32,000 nucleotides of DNA from Dickeya dadantii NCPPB 898 (GCF_000406145.1 NZ_CM001976.1:2625116-2657115), one strand, 5' to 3'; counted from the first letter of the stretch, positions 17,903-26,803 are shown. Program-made: numbers and translations. The notes: generated by a model from the sequence alone, not told the origin.

Positions 17903-17924
17903 CCCGTCCCGGTTCGTGGACGGG
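17903..17924 (+). terminator. Small GC hairpin after the DeoR-family gene (weak terminator candidate)
   Basis: CCCGTCC / GGACGGG 7-bp stem with an 8-nt loop, 26 nt after the stop. The following tract (TATCGCTTCGTCATTT) is only moderately T-rich. Confidence 0.35.
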
Positions 17925-17925
17925 T

Positions 17926-18560
17926 ATCGCTTCGTCATTTCGCTGGCAGCCGGATGACAACATCTGTTTCACGCTGCTGACCGCTTTCCAGTTTTATCCT
18001 TATACCGGTTTTTACGTCTGGCTGCCGCGTCAGGTTACGGTTTACTCTTTCCTCGACCGCCAATTGCAATTAGCTTATGCTATTCATTGTTGTTTTACTT
18101 TTGTTTTTCCATTAACAATATTGCGGGTAATCGTAATGATGGTGGGCTACAAGGCGCCGAGCTTGCGTTTAGCGTCTCCTGTTCGCGTGCGACAGAACCT
18201 GCGTTACTTGCAGTTGTTAACGCATTTCCGTGGCGTCTGGCGGGTGGGGCATTTCCGTATCGCTGCCGTATGTGGTGGATCGCGCATCACCGTTGATCTC
18301 ATCAACGTTAACGCCTGAGCGGCTTTCTCGTCGGTAAGTGCGTGGCGTGCCGCGCCGACGTTTTCGGCCGCACGCATCGTCAGCGGTACCATGACTGACA
18401 CGGCATTTGGGCGGATTCCCTCTGTCGGTGTAACTGTCGTGACCCGTGAAGAGATGCAAACCGGGGTTTATGTGCAGGATCAGGCGTAGTGGACTCGGTG
18501 GACTGGTGACGCTGGGCGGTTGTTACGACCGGGCGAAAACCTCGGCAGCTGAATCGCCTC
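17926..18560 (+). repeat. Decayed, collinear, same-frame copy of fhuA internal segment 18936-19633, also carrying FhuA N-terminal-like motifs
   Basis: Shared ordered blocks include GCTGGCAGCCGGATGA, TATACCGGTTTTTACG.CTGGCTGCCGCGTCAGG, GATGGTGGGCTAC, GTGCGACAGAACCTGCGTTAC, ATCGCTGCCGTATGTG.TGGATCGCGCATC, CAAACCGGGGTTTAT.TGCAGGATCAGGCG and GTTACGACCGGGCGAAAACCTCGGC. Offsets are 1011, 1008 and 1074 nt. See the first finding. Confidence 0.8.
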
Positions 18561-20385
18561 TGACGTGGTTCACCTGCGCGGTTTCACCGCGGTCAACACC
18601 AATCAGTACCTCGACGGCCTGAAATTGCAGGGCGACAACTATTCGGAAGCATCGCTGGACCCTTACATGCTGGAGCGGGTGGAGGTGCTGCGCGGCCCGG
18701 TGTCGGTGCTGTATGGCAAAAGCAGCCCGGGCGGCCTGGTCGCGCTGGTCAGCAAACGGCCGACGGCGGAAACCATCCGCGAAGTCCAGTTCAAGATGGG
18801 AACCGATAATCTGTTTCAGACCGGCTTCGACTTCGGCGGCGCCGTTGATGATCAAGGCGTGTATACCTACCGCCTGACCGGGGTGGCGAAAAGCAGCGAT
18901 ACTCAGCAGGATCTCGCTAAAGAGAAGCGTTACGCCATCGCTCCGTCATTTAGCTGGCAGCCGGATGAAAACACCCGCTTCACGCTGCTGACCGATTTCC
19001 AGAACGATCCGTATACCGGTTTTTACGGCTGGCTGCCGCGTCAGGGCACGGTTAACCCGTTCCTCGACGCCAACGGCAATCAGCATAAGCTATCCACGTC
19101 GTTTAACGATGGCGAAGCCAGCAACAAGATGGCGCGTAACCAGAAGATGGTGGGCTACAGCGCCGAGCATGCGTTTAACGACACCTGGACCGTGCGACAG
19201 AACCTGCGTTACATGCAGTTGGAAACGCAATACCGTGGCATCTACGGCTCGGGCATTTCCGCATCGCTGCCGTATGTGATGGATCGCGCATCCGTTATCT
19301 CTCACGAACGACTGAACAGCTTTACCGTCGATAATCAGGCGCAGGCGACGTTTTCAACCGCCGATGTCAGCCATACCATGCTGTTTGGCGTGGATTACAT
19401 GCGCATGCGCAACGATATCGACGAATATTTTGGTTCGGCATCCTCGCTGAACCTGCTGAATCCGGCTTACGGTGACGACAGCATTCCGGCGGATTCCCTC
19501 TCTCCCTGGAACTTCCTCAACCGTCAGGAGCAAACCGGGGTTTATATGCAGGATCAGGCGCAGTGGAATCAGTGGCTGGTGACGCTGGGCGGACGTTACG
19601 ACCGGGCGAAAACCTCGGCGCAGAATCGCACCTCCGGAACCACCGACGCCAACAGCCAGGGTCAGTTCACCTGGCGAGGTGGGGTGAACTACCTGTTTGA
19701 CAACGGTATCACGCCGTACTTCAGTTACAGCGAATCGTTTGAACCTACCTCAGGCGCCAGCGCCAGCGGCCAGACCTTCAAACCGTCGCTCGGCAAGCAG
19801 TATGAAGCCGGGGTGAAATACGTACCGAAGGATCGCCCGTTGGTGTTGACGGCGGCGGTCTATTCGCTGACCAAGAGCAACAACCTGACCACCGACCCCG
19901 ACAACACCAACTTCAGCGTCCAGAGCGGTGAAATCACGGTGCGTGGGCTGGAACTGGAAGCCAAGAGCGCGCTGACGCAGAACATTAACGTGACGGCGGC
20001 CTATTCGCATGTCAATGCCAAATACACCCACGACACCGACTTGCAAGGTAAACGTCCGTACCAGATTCCCAACAATCAGGCCTCGCTGTGGGCGGATTAC
20101 ACCTTTAACCGTTCAGTGCTCAGCGGGCTGACCATCGGTTCCGGCGTGCGTTATGTCGGTAGTTCCTACGGCGATGCAAACAATACTTTTAAGGTTGCGC
20201 CTTACGGATTGCTGGACGCGATGGTGAAATACGATCTGGCGGCATTCGGTATGCCCGGCTCCAGCCTGGCCGTCAATGTCGATAACTTGCTCAATCGGCA
20301 GTACGTCGCCAGCTGTTATACCGATTACGCCTGCTACTGGGGCAGCGAGCGTCGCGTTACCGCTACGGCGACATTCCGATTCTGA
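18337..20385 (+). pseudogene. fhuA: FhuA-type TonB-dependent ferrichrome/siderophore outer-membrane receptor, 5'-disrupted
   Basis: From 18562 (DVVHLRGF...) to the C-terminal ...RVTATATFRF the frame is intact and collinear with E. coli/Salmonella FhuA (DPYMLERVEVLRGPVSVLYGKSSPGG, QFTWRGGVNYLFDNGITPYFSYSESFEP). Upstream in the same frame is a remnant (SAW...GTMTDT...VVTREEM), cut by TAG 18487-18489 and TGA 18550-18552. There is no start codon, signal peptide or clean TonB box. Confidence 0.85.
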
Positions 20386-20402
20386 TTAATCGGCATTTCA
20401 GT

Positions 20403-20430
20403 GATGGTCGCGGCCAATGCCGCGACCATC
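20403..20430. terminator. Perfect 12-bp hairpin between convergent fhuA and lipoprotein genes
   Basis: GATGGTCGCGGC-caat-GCCGCGACCATC. No clear U-tract on either strand, so terminator function is not certain. Confidence 0.45.
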
Positions 20431-20488
20431 GATGCCAATATCGTTTAAACATCAGTCATATCAGGCGGCAACCCGGCAGGTAATGGCA

Positions 20489-21391
20489 TTACTTTTTCGC
20501 CACCGCGTCTTTAACGTCTTTCATTTCATTCAGCAACGCGGTTAAAACGGCGGTATCCGTTGACTGGCTATTCTTTTCGGTAACAACCGACACACCGCAC
20601 TGCGAATGAGTAGTTACTTTCCCTTTCACCGGTAAAGCAACAGCCTGCAAATACCGTGGGTCATTCACTCTTACATAAACAGTCTCTTCAACTGCCCCTG
20701 CCTTTTTTACCTTAATGACACCATCTCTGCAGGCAGCATAGATAAAGTGGTGCTTAATTTTATCCAGATTCTCCGGCAACGATGGCACAACCCAGTCGGC
20801 AGAAATGGCATCGACGGGCACACTCCCCAATGCTATTTCTGCACTATAACCATCAGATAAATCAATAGATTTGTTATTCTCATTTAATATTTTTTCGTCA
20901 ATGTCTACTGTTTTGGTTTCGACTATTTTAGTCTGAACGGTTTTATTCTTATTCGTAGAAAAGAGAGTCATTGGTATAAGTTTAGTCACTGCAATCGCCA
21001 ATGCACCAAACTCTTTAACAGCCTTTTCTCTGTTATCCTCTGTATCAACTCCAATTTCTTTCACTCTATCTGTATTTTCAATTTTGGACATACTAATGTT
21101 TGTTTTGGTGAACAGGCTTTCTTTAGGAGAAATACCCACTTTGAATTTCTTGTAATCATGATTTAATACTGTGACCTTATATTTTAAAGCGCCATTTTCG
21201 CCATTGGATTTTTTTTCATATTCAGGCTCAAAAATCACCGAGGATGATGCCAGATAAAAGCTGTCGGATATTTTTTTATCCAGCAGTTTTTCGCCTGCCG
21301 GCTTATCACCCTGAATGATTTGATACGACACTTCCGGTTTTACTGCACAGCCCGACATCAGCATCATTGATACGATAATGTACTTTTTCAT
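20489..21391 (-). CDS. Orphan lipoprotein of unknown function, on an AT-rich islet
   Basis: 300 aa. Lipoprotein signal MKKYIIVSMMLMSGC (lipobox L-M-S-G-C). Lys/Glu/Asn-rich, with no motif I recognise. The gene and flanks (about 20440-21720) are visibly much more AT-rich than neighbours. Confidence 0.75.
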   Translation of the reverse strand: MKKYIIVSMMLMSGCAVKPEVSYQIIQGDKPAGEKLLDKKISDSFYLASSSVIFEPEYEKKSNGENGALKYKVTVLNHDYKKFKVGISPKESLFTKTNISMSKIENTDRVKEIGVDTEDNREKAVKEFGALAIAVTKLIPMTLFSTNKNKTVQTKIVETKTVDIDEKILNENNKSIDLSDGYSAEIALGSVPVDAISADWVVPSLPENLDKIKHHFIYAACRDGVIKVKKAGAVEETVYVRVNDPRYLQAVALPVKGKVTTHSQCGVSVVTEKNSQSTDTAVLTALLNEMKDVKDAVAKK

Positions 21392-21742
21392 ATTGCCCTC
21401 GCCCAGATATGATTAGTTTTATAAAAAATAATGAATCCGTTTTTTCAAGAAAGGAAAATAAAGCACAACGAATATCGCCATCATGGCGCATTATAAAATA
21501 ATGGAAAATACAGGGAGTTCTTTAAGAATGACGCAATAAACCAACAATGCAAGTTGCCTGCATTCACTATTTCTTTAAAAGCATTAATCGCATGATTTTT
21601 ATTGTTATTATTTTTAATAACAGTAGGATTAATATCCTCAATAATAAATATTCAACAGAGAGAAAATTACCGGATGGATTATTTTACGCCGCATTGAATC
21701 AGAAACAACGTCAGTAGATTAATGCAATCGCACCGCCGCTAT

Positions 21743-21780
21743 AACAAACAACAACGCCCCTGCCGATTCCGACAAGGGCG
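21743..21780 (-). terminator. Rho-independent terminator of the minus-strand ABC permease operon
   Basis: Minus strand reads CGCCCTTG-tcggaatcgg-CAGGGGCG (7 of 8 pairs) followed by TTGTTGTTTGTT. Starts 44 nt after stop 21824. Confidence 0.6.
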
Positions 21781-21823
21781 CTTAACAGACGAGCCAGCGA
21801 CTGACATCAATCCACAATCAGGA

Positions 21824-22660
21824 TCAACGCCCGCCGCGCAGTTTCTCCGAACGGCGGCGCAGCACCTCCATCACCACCAGCAGCACCAGCGCGGCGGCCA
21901 CCATCATGGTCGCCGCGGCGGCGATGGTCGGGTCGAGGTTTTCACGGATCCCGGCGAACATCTGCAACGGCAGCGTGCGCTGACGCGGACTGGCCAGAAA
22001 CAGCGTGACGATCACTTCATCAAACGAGGTAGCGAAGGCAAACAGCGCGCCGGAGAATACGCCGGGAGCGATCAGCGGCAACGTCACCTTACGAAACGCC
22101 AGCAGCGGCGGCGCGCCCAGACTGGCGGCGGCGCGGGTCAGGTTCTGATCGTAATTCTTCAGCACCGCGGTGACGGTAATCACCACAAACGGCACGCCCA
22201 GCACCGCATGGGCCAGCACCAGCCCGATGTAGCTGTTCAACAGCGACAGCTTGGCGAAAAAGAAGAACATCCCGACCGCCACGATCACCACTGGGGCGAT
22301 CATCGGCGAAATCAGCACCGCCATCACCAGCGATTTACCGCGAAACTCGCCGCGCACCAGCCCGACCGACGCCAGCACGCCCAGTACGGTTGCCAGCACC
22401 GTCGCCAGCGGCGCAATCAGCAGGCTGTTGCCGAGCGCGCTCAGCCATTCGCTGGAGTGGAAAAATTCCCGATACCAGCGCAGGGAAAACCCGGCCAGCG
22501 GGTAGCTGAGAAACGAGCCGCCGTTGAACGACAGCGGCACAATCACCAGCACCGGCACGATCAGAAACAGCAGCATCGCCGCGCCGTAAAAATTGAAGAA
22601 GCCGTTCCACACCCGCAGCAGCTGCGAACCCTGTTGTCTCATTTCCTTCATCGGTTTCAT
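21824..22660 (-). CDS. Spermidine/putrescine-type ABC transporter permease (PotC/PotI/YdcV-like)
   Basis: 278 aa, 6 TM segments. EAA-loop region (LTRAAASLGAPPLLAFRKVTLPLIAPG) and SFDEVIVTLFL. AAGGAG SD 6 nt upstream of ATG 22660. Confidence 0.9.
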   Translation of the reverse strand: MKPMKEMRQQGSQLLRVWNGFFNFYGAAMLLFLIVPVLVIVPLSFNGGSFLSYPLAGFSLRWYREFFHSSEWLSALGNSLLIAPLATVLATVLGVLASVGLVRGEFRGKSLVMAVLISPMIAPVVIVAVGMFFFFAKLSLLNSYIGLVLAHAVLGVPFVVITVTAVLKNYDQNLTRAAASLGAPPLLAFRKVTLPLIAPGVFSGALFAFATSFDEVIVTLFLASPRQRTLPLQMFAGIRENLDPTIAAAATMMVAAALVLLVVMEVLRRRSEKLRGGR

Positions 22661-22675
22661 CGCTTGCTCCTTCGG

Positions 22676-23947
22676 TTAACGCGCCGCCGCGTCGGCGTCG
22701 GTGCGGGTGACTCGGATATACACCACATACAGCAGCACCACGATCACCAGCAGTTGTGTCCCCAGCGCCGCCGCCATTCCCCAGTTCATGGTGGTGTTGG
22801 TGAAGAACGCCACAAAATAGCTGAGCATCTGATCGCCCGGCCCGCCTAGCAGCGCCGGCGTAATGTAGTAGCCAATCGCCATCATGAACACCAACAGCGC
22901 GCCGGCGGTCACTCCGGCGTAGGTCTGCGGCACATACACTCGCCAGAACGCCAGAAACGGATGCGCGCCCAGCGAAATCGCCGCCCGCACATAGTTGGGT
23001 GAAATGCCTTTCATCACCGCATACAGCGGCAACACGAAGAACGGCAACAGAATGTGGGTCATGGAGATGTAGACGCCGATACGGTTAAACACCAGCACCA
23101 GCGGCTCATCAATGATGCCCAGCCCCATCAGCGAACGGTTGATCAACCCGCCGGACTGCAGCAGTACGATCCAACTGGCGGTACGCACAATCAGTGAGGT
23201 CCAGAATGGCAGTAACACCAAAATCATCAGCAGGTTGGCGCGATTATCCGGCTGTTTCGCCAGCCAGTAAGCCAGCGGGTAGCCCAGCGCCACACACAGC
23301 AGCGTTACCACCCCCGCCATCAGCAGCGTGCGCAACAGTACATCAACATACAACGCCTGATCCGCCGGTTGCGCCACCACCTTGTCGGTCTGCGGGTCCA
23401 CCTTGTGGTCGAAGACCGACAGCAGGTAGTAACTGGTAAAAGGCCGCGACGCGCGGTCGATGGTTTTCCAGGTGGTCAGTTCGCCCCACATTGGCTGGTC
23501 GGCAATCAGTTGCTCGCGCAGCCCCGGCTGTTCATCCGACGGCAATTTACGCAGCGTACGGGTGATAAGCTGGCGATACTGGCCGTCTTCATAACCCAAC
23601 CGTTTGGTGATGGTGGCGACCTGCCCGGTACTGCGGGCATTGCGCAGATCGCTCACCAGCGCCCGAAACACGCTTTCATCCGGCACACCTTTGCCGGACC
23701 ATTGCCGCATCGCCTCGATAGTAGTCGGCATGCTGACGCGCAGGTCCGGGTTGGACACGCTTTTGCCCAGAATCGACAGTATCGGGAACAGGAAACTGAC
23801 CAGAATGAACAGGAACAACGGCGCTATCAGTAACAGCGACCGTTTCTGATAGCGGGCCTGCGCCTGACGCAGTTGCTGTTTCAGACTGGTGCGATTCCCC
23901 TCGCCGCCGGCGGGCGGCTCTGCCTTCAACATCTCATTCTGGGACAT
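22676..23947 (-). CDS. Spermidine/putrescine-type ABC transporter permease (PotB/PotH/YdcU-like) with an enlarged first extracytoplasmic loop
   Basis: 423 aa. Core matches PotB-type permeases (YVRAAISLGAHPFLAFWRVYVPQTYAG). About 140 extra residues lie between TM1 and TM2 relative to ~300-aa PotB/YdcU. AAGGAGAG SD. Confidence 0.88.
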   Translation of the reverse strand: MSQNEMLKAEPPAGGEGNRTSLKQQLRQAQARYQKRSLLLIAPLFLFILVSFLFPILSILGKSVSNPDLRVSMPTTIEAMRQWSGKGVPDESVFRALVSDLRNARSTGQVATITKRLGYEDGQYRQLITRTLRKLPSDEQPGLREQLIADQPMWGELTTWKTIDRASRPFTSYYLLSVFDHKVDPQTDKVVAQPADQALYVDVLLRTLLMAGVVTLLCVALGYPLAYWLAKQPDNRANLLMILVLLPFWTSLIVRTASWIVLLQSGGLINRSLMGLGIIDEPLVLVFNRIGVYISMTHILLPFFVLPLYAVMKGISPNYVRAAISLGAHPFLAFWRVYVPQTYAGVTAGALLVFMMAIGYYITPALLGGPGDQMLSYFVAFFTNTTMNWGMAAALGTQLLVIVVLLYVVYIRVTRTDADAAAR

Positions 23948-23983
23948 AAGCGCTCTCTCCTTGTGATCAATACCGGTTCGGGA

Positions 23984-25015
23984 TTACTTCTGGGCGGCCC
24001 AGGCGTTGAAGCGCTGCTCCAGCTCTTCGCCGTGATCGATCCAGAACTCGGTATCCACCTGCACCGACTGGGCCAGGTTATCCGGCGCGGTCGGCAGGTT
24101 GCGGCTGATCGCCGGGTCCAGCAAGGCGGTGGTTTTACCGTTGGTCGGGCCGTAGGCGATGTTTTCCGCGAACACTTTCTGGTTTTCCGGCTGATTGGCG
24201 AACGCGATAAACTGTTCGGCCAGCGCTTTGTGTTTGGAGCCTTTCACAATGGCCCAGCTATCCAGATCGTACAGGCCGTCTTTCCAGACGATATTGATGC
24301 CCGGTTTCTCTTTCTGCGCCACCGCCACGCGGCCGTTGTAGGCGGAGGTCATCACCACGTCGCCCGCGACCAGCCATTGCAGCGGCTGCGCGCCGGATTC
24401 CCACCACTGGATATTGGATTTGATCTGATCGAGTTTCTTGAACGCACGATCGACGCCGGCCGGGGTCGCCAGCACGCTGTAGACCTCTTCACGCTTCACG
24501 CCGTCCGCCAGCAAGGCGATTTCCAGCGTGAACTTGGCGCTTTTACGCAGCGCGCGCTTGCCGGGGAAGTTTTTCACATCCCAGAAATCGGCCCAGCTTT
24601 TCGGCGCTTGTTGCAGTTTATTGGCGTTATAGGTCAGTACGGTGGACCAGACAAAGATCCCTGCGCCACATTCGGAAACCGAACCTTTCACGAAATCAGC
24701 CTGACTGCCCAGTTTTTTCCAGTCCAGCGGTTCAAACAATCCTTCGTTGCAACCACGCAGCAGTTCCGGACCCTCCACTTCCACCACGTCCCAGCCGACC
24801 TGCCCGGTCTGCACCATGGCGCGGATGCGAGCCATTTCACCGTTGTATTCGCCGGCTTCGATGGCCCCCTTGCCTGCCGCCTGGAACGGTTTGTAAAACG
24901 CTTTATCCTGCGCGTCCTTGTTGGTGCCGCCAAAGGAAATCACGGTCAAGTTTTCGGCCCATCCCTGGGAAGCCGTAGCAACGAGCAGAGCGGATAATGC
25001 AAATTTTTTCAACAT
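23984..25015 (-). CDS. Polyamine/GABA-type ABC transporter periplasmic substrate-binding protein (PotD/PotF/YdcS family)
   Basis: Start moved to ATG 25015 (MLKKFALSALLVATASQGWA/ENL signal peptide, AGGAG SD). The track ORF starts 9 codons earlier. SBP family-1 features (TVISFGG..., WESGAQP). Confidence 0.88.
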   Translation of the reverse strand: MLKKFALSALLVATASQGWAENLTVISFGGTNKDAQDKAFYKPFQAAGKGAIEAGEYNGEMARIRAMVQTGQVGWDVVEVEGPELLRGCNEGLFEPLDWKKLGSQADFVKGSVSECGAGIFVWSTVLTYNANKLQQAPKSWADFWDVKNFPGKRALRKSAKFTLEIALLADGVKREEVYSVLATPAGVDRAFKKLDQIKSNIQWWESGAQPLQWLVAGDVVMTSAYNGRVAVAQKEKPGINIVWKDGLYDLDSWAIVKGSKHKALAEQFIAFANQPENQKVFAENIAYGPTNGKTTALLDPAISRNLPTAPDNLAQSVQVDTEFWIDHGEELEQRFNAWAAQK

Positions 25016-25100
25016 GGTCTGGCTCCTGAAAAGAGTAGTCAACGTATGCCCACGTGGGCAAAACCCTTAATTTTTTTTGATGCATAGGCATCAGTTTATA

Positions 25101-25118
25101 AAGCAGTTTTCATGCCAG
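25101..25118 (-). promoter_or_regulatory. Candidate sigma-54 (-24/-12) promoter for the SBP-permease operon
   Basis: Minus strand reads CTGGCATGAAAACTGCTT, i.e. GG-N10-GC spacing exactly as in the TGGCAC-N5-TTGC consensus. The -12 GC lies ~88 nt upstream of ATG 25015. Confidence 0.45.
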
Positions 25119-25235
25119 TTTCTGTCGTCTGCGTTGAAAACCGCGGGATGGCGCCGTAGAGAAACCACGCTATGCAATGTGCACAACGCCTATACTATTT
25201 TTCACGTGATAGCTTGAACTGAATTCGCCTTATTA

Positions 25236-25264
25236 TGGTGCAGCCCGGCAATGAGGCTGCACCA
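25236..25264. promoter_or_regulatory. 10-bp perfect inverted repeat TGGTGCAGCC-N9-GGCTGCACCA between gabD and the SBP gene
   Basis: Read directly. Lies ~120-150 bp upstream of the sigma-54 candidate and 58 nt downstream of the gabD stop. Could be an enhancer-binding-protein site (TGGTGCA/TGCACCA are NtrC-like half-sites in non-canonical order) or a gabD terminator stem without a U-tract. Confidence 0.3.
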
Positions 25265-25321
25265 TGCTGGCTCGAAAAGCCGGATGAACGCCCTTGTTCA
25301 TCCGCCGTCAGGCAGCAGGAG

Positions 25322-26782
25322 TCAGGCTGACGGAGTGAGGTCAACGCAGAGATATTTCATCTCCAGGTATTCCTCGATGCCGAAGCGTGAACCTTCGCGC
25401 CCCAGCCCTGATTGTTTTACCCCGCCGAAGGGGGCCACTTCGTTGGAAATGAGGCCGGTGTTGATCCCCACCATGCCGTATTCAAGCGCTTCCGGCACCC
25501 GCCACTGCCGAATGGCGTCGCGGGTGTAAACGTAGGCGGCCAGGCCGAACTCGGTATCGTTAGCCATCGCCACCGCCTGCGCCTCATCGTCAAACGGGAA
25601 CAGCGGCGCCACCGGGCCAAACGTTTCCTCGCGGGCGAAACGCATGTCGCGCGTCACGCCGCCGATCACCGTCGGGGTGAAGAAGGTGCCGCCGAGCGGG
25701 TGGCGCGAGCCGCCGGTCAGCAATTCCGCCCCTTTCGACAGCGCATCGTCAATATGCTGCTCGACTTTGCCGACCGCATCTGCGTCGATCAGCGGGCCTT
25801 GCATCACGCCGGGCTGGGTGCCGTCGCCCACTTTCAGCTTTTCCACCTCTTCCACCAGCCGGGCGGCCAACGCCGGATAGATACCACGCTGAACATAAAT
25901 GCGGTTGGCGCAGACGCAGGTCTGCCCGCTATTGCGGAATTTGGATGCCAGAATGCCTTTTATCGCCTGCTCCAGGTCGGCATCGTCAAACACGATGAAC
26001 GGCGCATTGCCGCCCAGCTCCAGCGACAGCTTTTTCACTGTCGGCGCACATTGCGCCATCAGGATGCGGCCGACTTCGGTGGAACCGGTGAAACTCAGTT
26101 TGCGCACTACCGGGCTATCGCACAGGACTTTACCCACCGCCGGCGCGTCGCCGGTCACCACCTGCAACACGCCAGCGGGAATACCGGCCTGTTGCGCCAG
26201 TTCCGCCAGCGCCAGCGCGGTAAACGGCGTCTGCTCCGCCGGCTTGACGATCATGGTGCAACCGGCCGCCAGCGCCGGCGCGGCTTTGCGGGTGATCATC
26301 GCCGCCGGGAAGTTCCACGGCGTGATCGCGGCGCACACGCCGATACCCTGCTTGATCACCAGCAAACGCTGGCTGGCCTGCGGCGATTGCAGCACGCTGC
26401 CTTCCACCCGCTTGGCCTCTTCGGCGAACCACTCGATAAACGAGGTGGCGTAGGCGATTTCACCGCTGGCTTCCGCCAGCGATTTGCCCTGTTCGGCGGT
26501 CAGAATGGCCGCCAGATCGTCCTGATTGGCGCGAATCAATTGCGCCCACGCCTGCATCAGCGCCGCACGCTCTTTGCCGGTGCGCTGACGCCACGCGCTC
26601 AGCGCCTGTTCGGCGGCGGTAATCGCCTGCTGGGTCTGCTGCGCCGTCACCAGCGGAATGCTTCCCAGCTCAGCGCCGGTCGCAGGGTTGGTCACGCTCA
26701 GGCGTTCCCCGTTGAAGCTATCTTGCCATTCACCGCCAATCAGGCATTGTTGACGGAATAACGTTTTATTTTTCAGTTGCAT
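25322..26782 (-). CDS. gabD: NAD(P)-dependent succinate-semialdehyde dehydrogenase
   Basis: Collinear with E. coli GabD (LFRQQ.LI.GEW, ITPWNFPAAMITRKA.PALAAGCTM, ELGGNAPFIVFDDADL, FRN.GQTCVCANR, EETFGP.APLF). ATG 26782 (MQLKNK...) is preferred over the track GTG 26800. Confidence 0.92.
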   Translation of the reverse strand: MQLKNKTLFRQQCLIGGEWQDSFNGERLSVTNPATGAELGSIPLVTAQQTQQAITAAEQALSAWRQRTGKERAALMQAWAQLIRANQDDLAAILTAEQGKSLAEASGEIAYATSFIEWFAEEAKRVEGSVLQSPQASQRLLVIKQGIGVCAAITPWNFPAAMITRKAAPALAAGCTMIVKPAEQTPFTALALAELAQQAGIPAGVLQVVTGDAPAVGKVLCDSPVVRKLSFTGSTEVGRILMAQCAPTVKKLSLELGGNAPFIVFDDADLEQAIKGILASKFRNSGQTCVCANRIYVQRGIYPALAARLVEEVEKLKVGDGTQPGVMQGPLIDADAVGKVEQHIDDALSKGAELLTGGSRHPLGGTFFTPTVIGGVTRDMRFAREETFGPVAPLFPFDDEAQAVAMANDTEFGLAAYVYTRDAIRQWRVPEALEYGMVGINTGLISNEVAPFGGVKQSGLGREGSRFGIEEYLEMKYLCVDLTPSA

Positions 26783-26803
26783 AACTACCCTTTCACTCAC
26801 TTC

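Noticed and set aside
18064-18318. 84-aa ORF (TTG start; hydrophobic MQLAYAIHCCFTFVFPLTILRVIVMM...) as a separate small membrane protein
   Set aside because: It is part of the decayed fhuA echo in the fhuA frame. The hydrophobicity follows from the T-enrichment of the copy. It has no SD and an unusual start codon.
17926-19633. Diversity-generating retroelement (template/variable repeat pair) as an explanation for the two related fhuA segments
   Set aside because: The differences are not adenine-specific (C, G and A positions all differ). The pair contains many indels and is ~650 bp long. No reverse transcriptase or accessory gene is present in the window.
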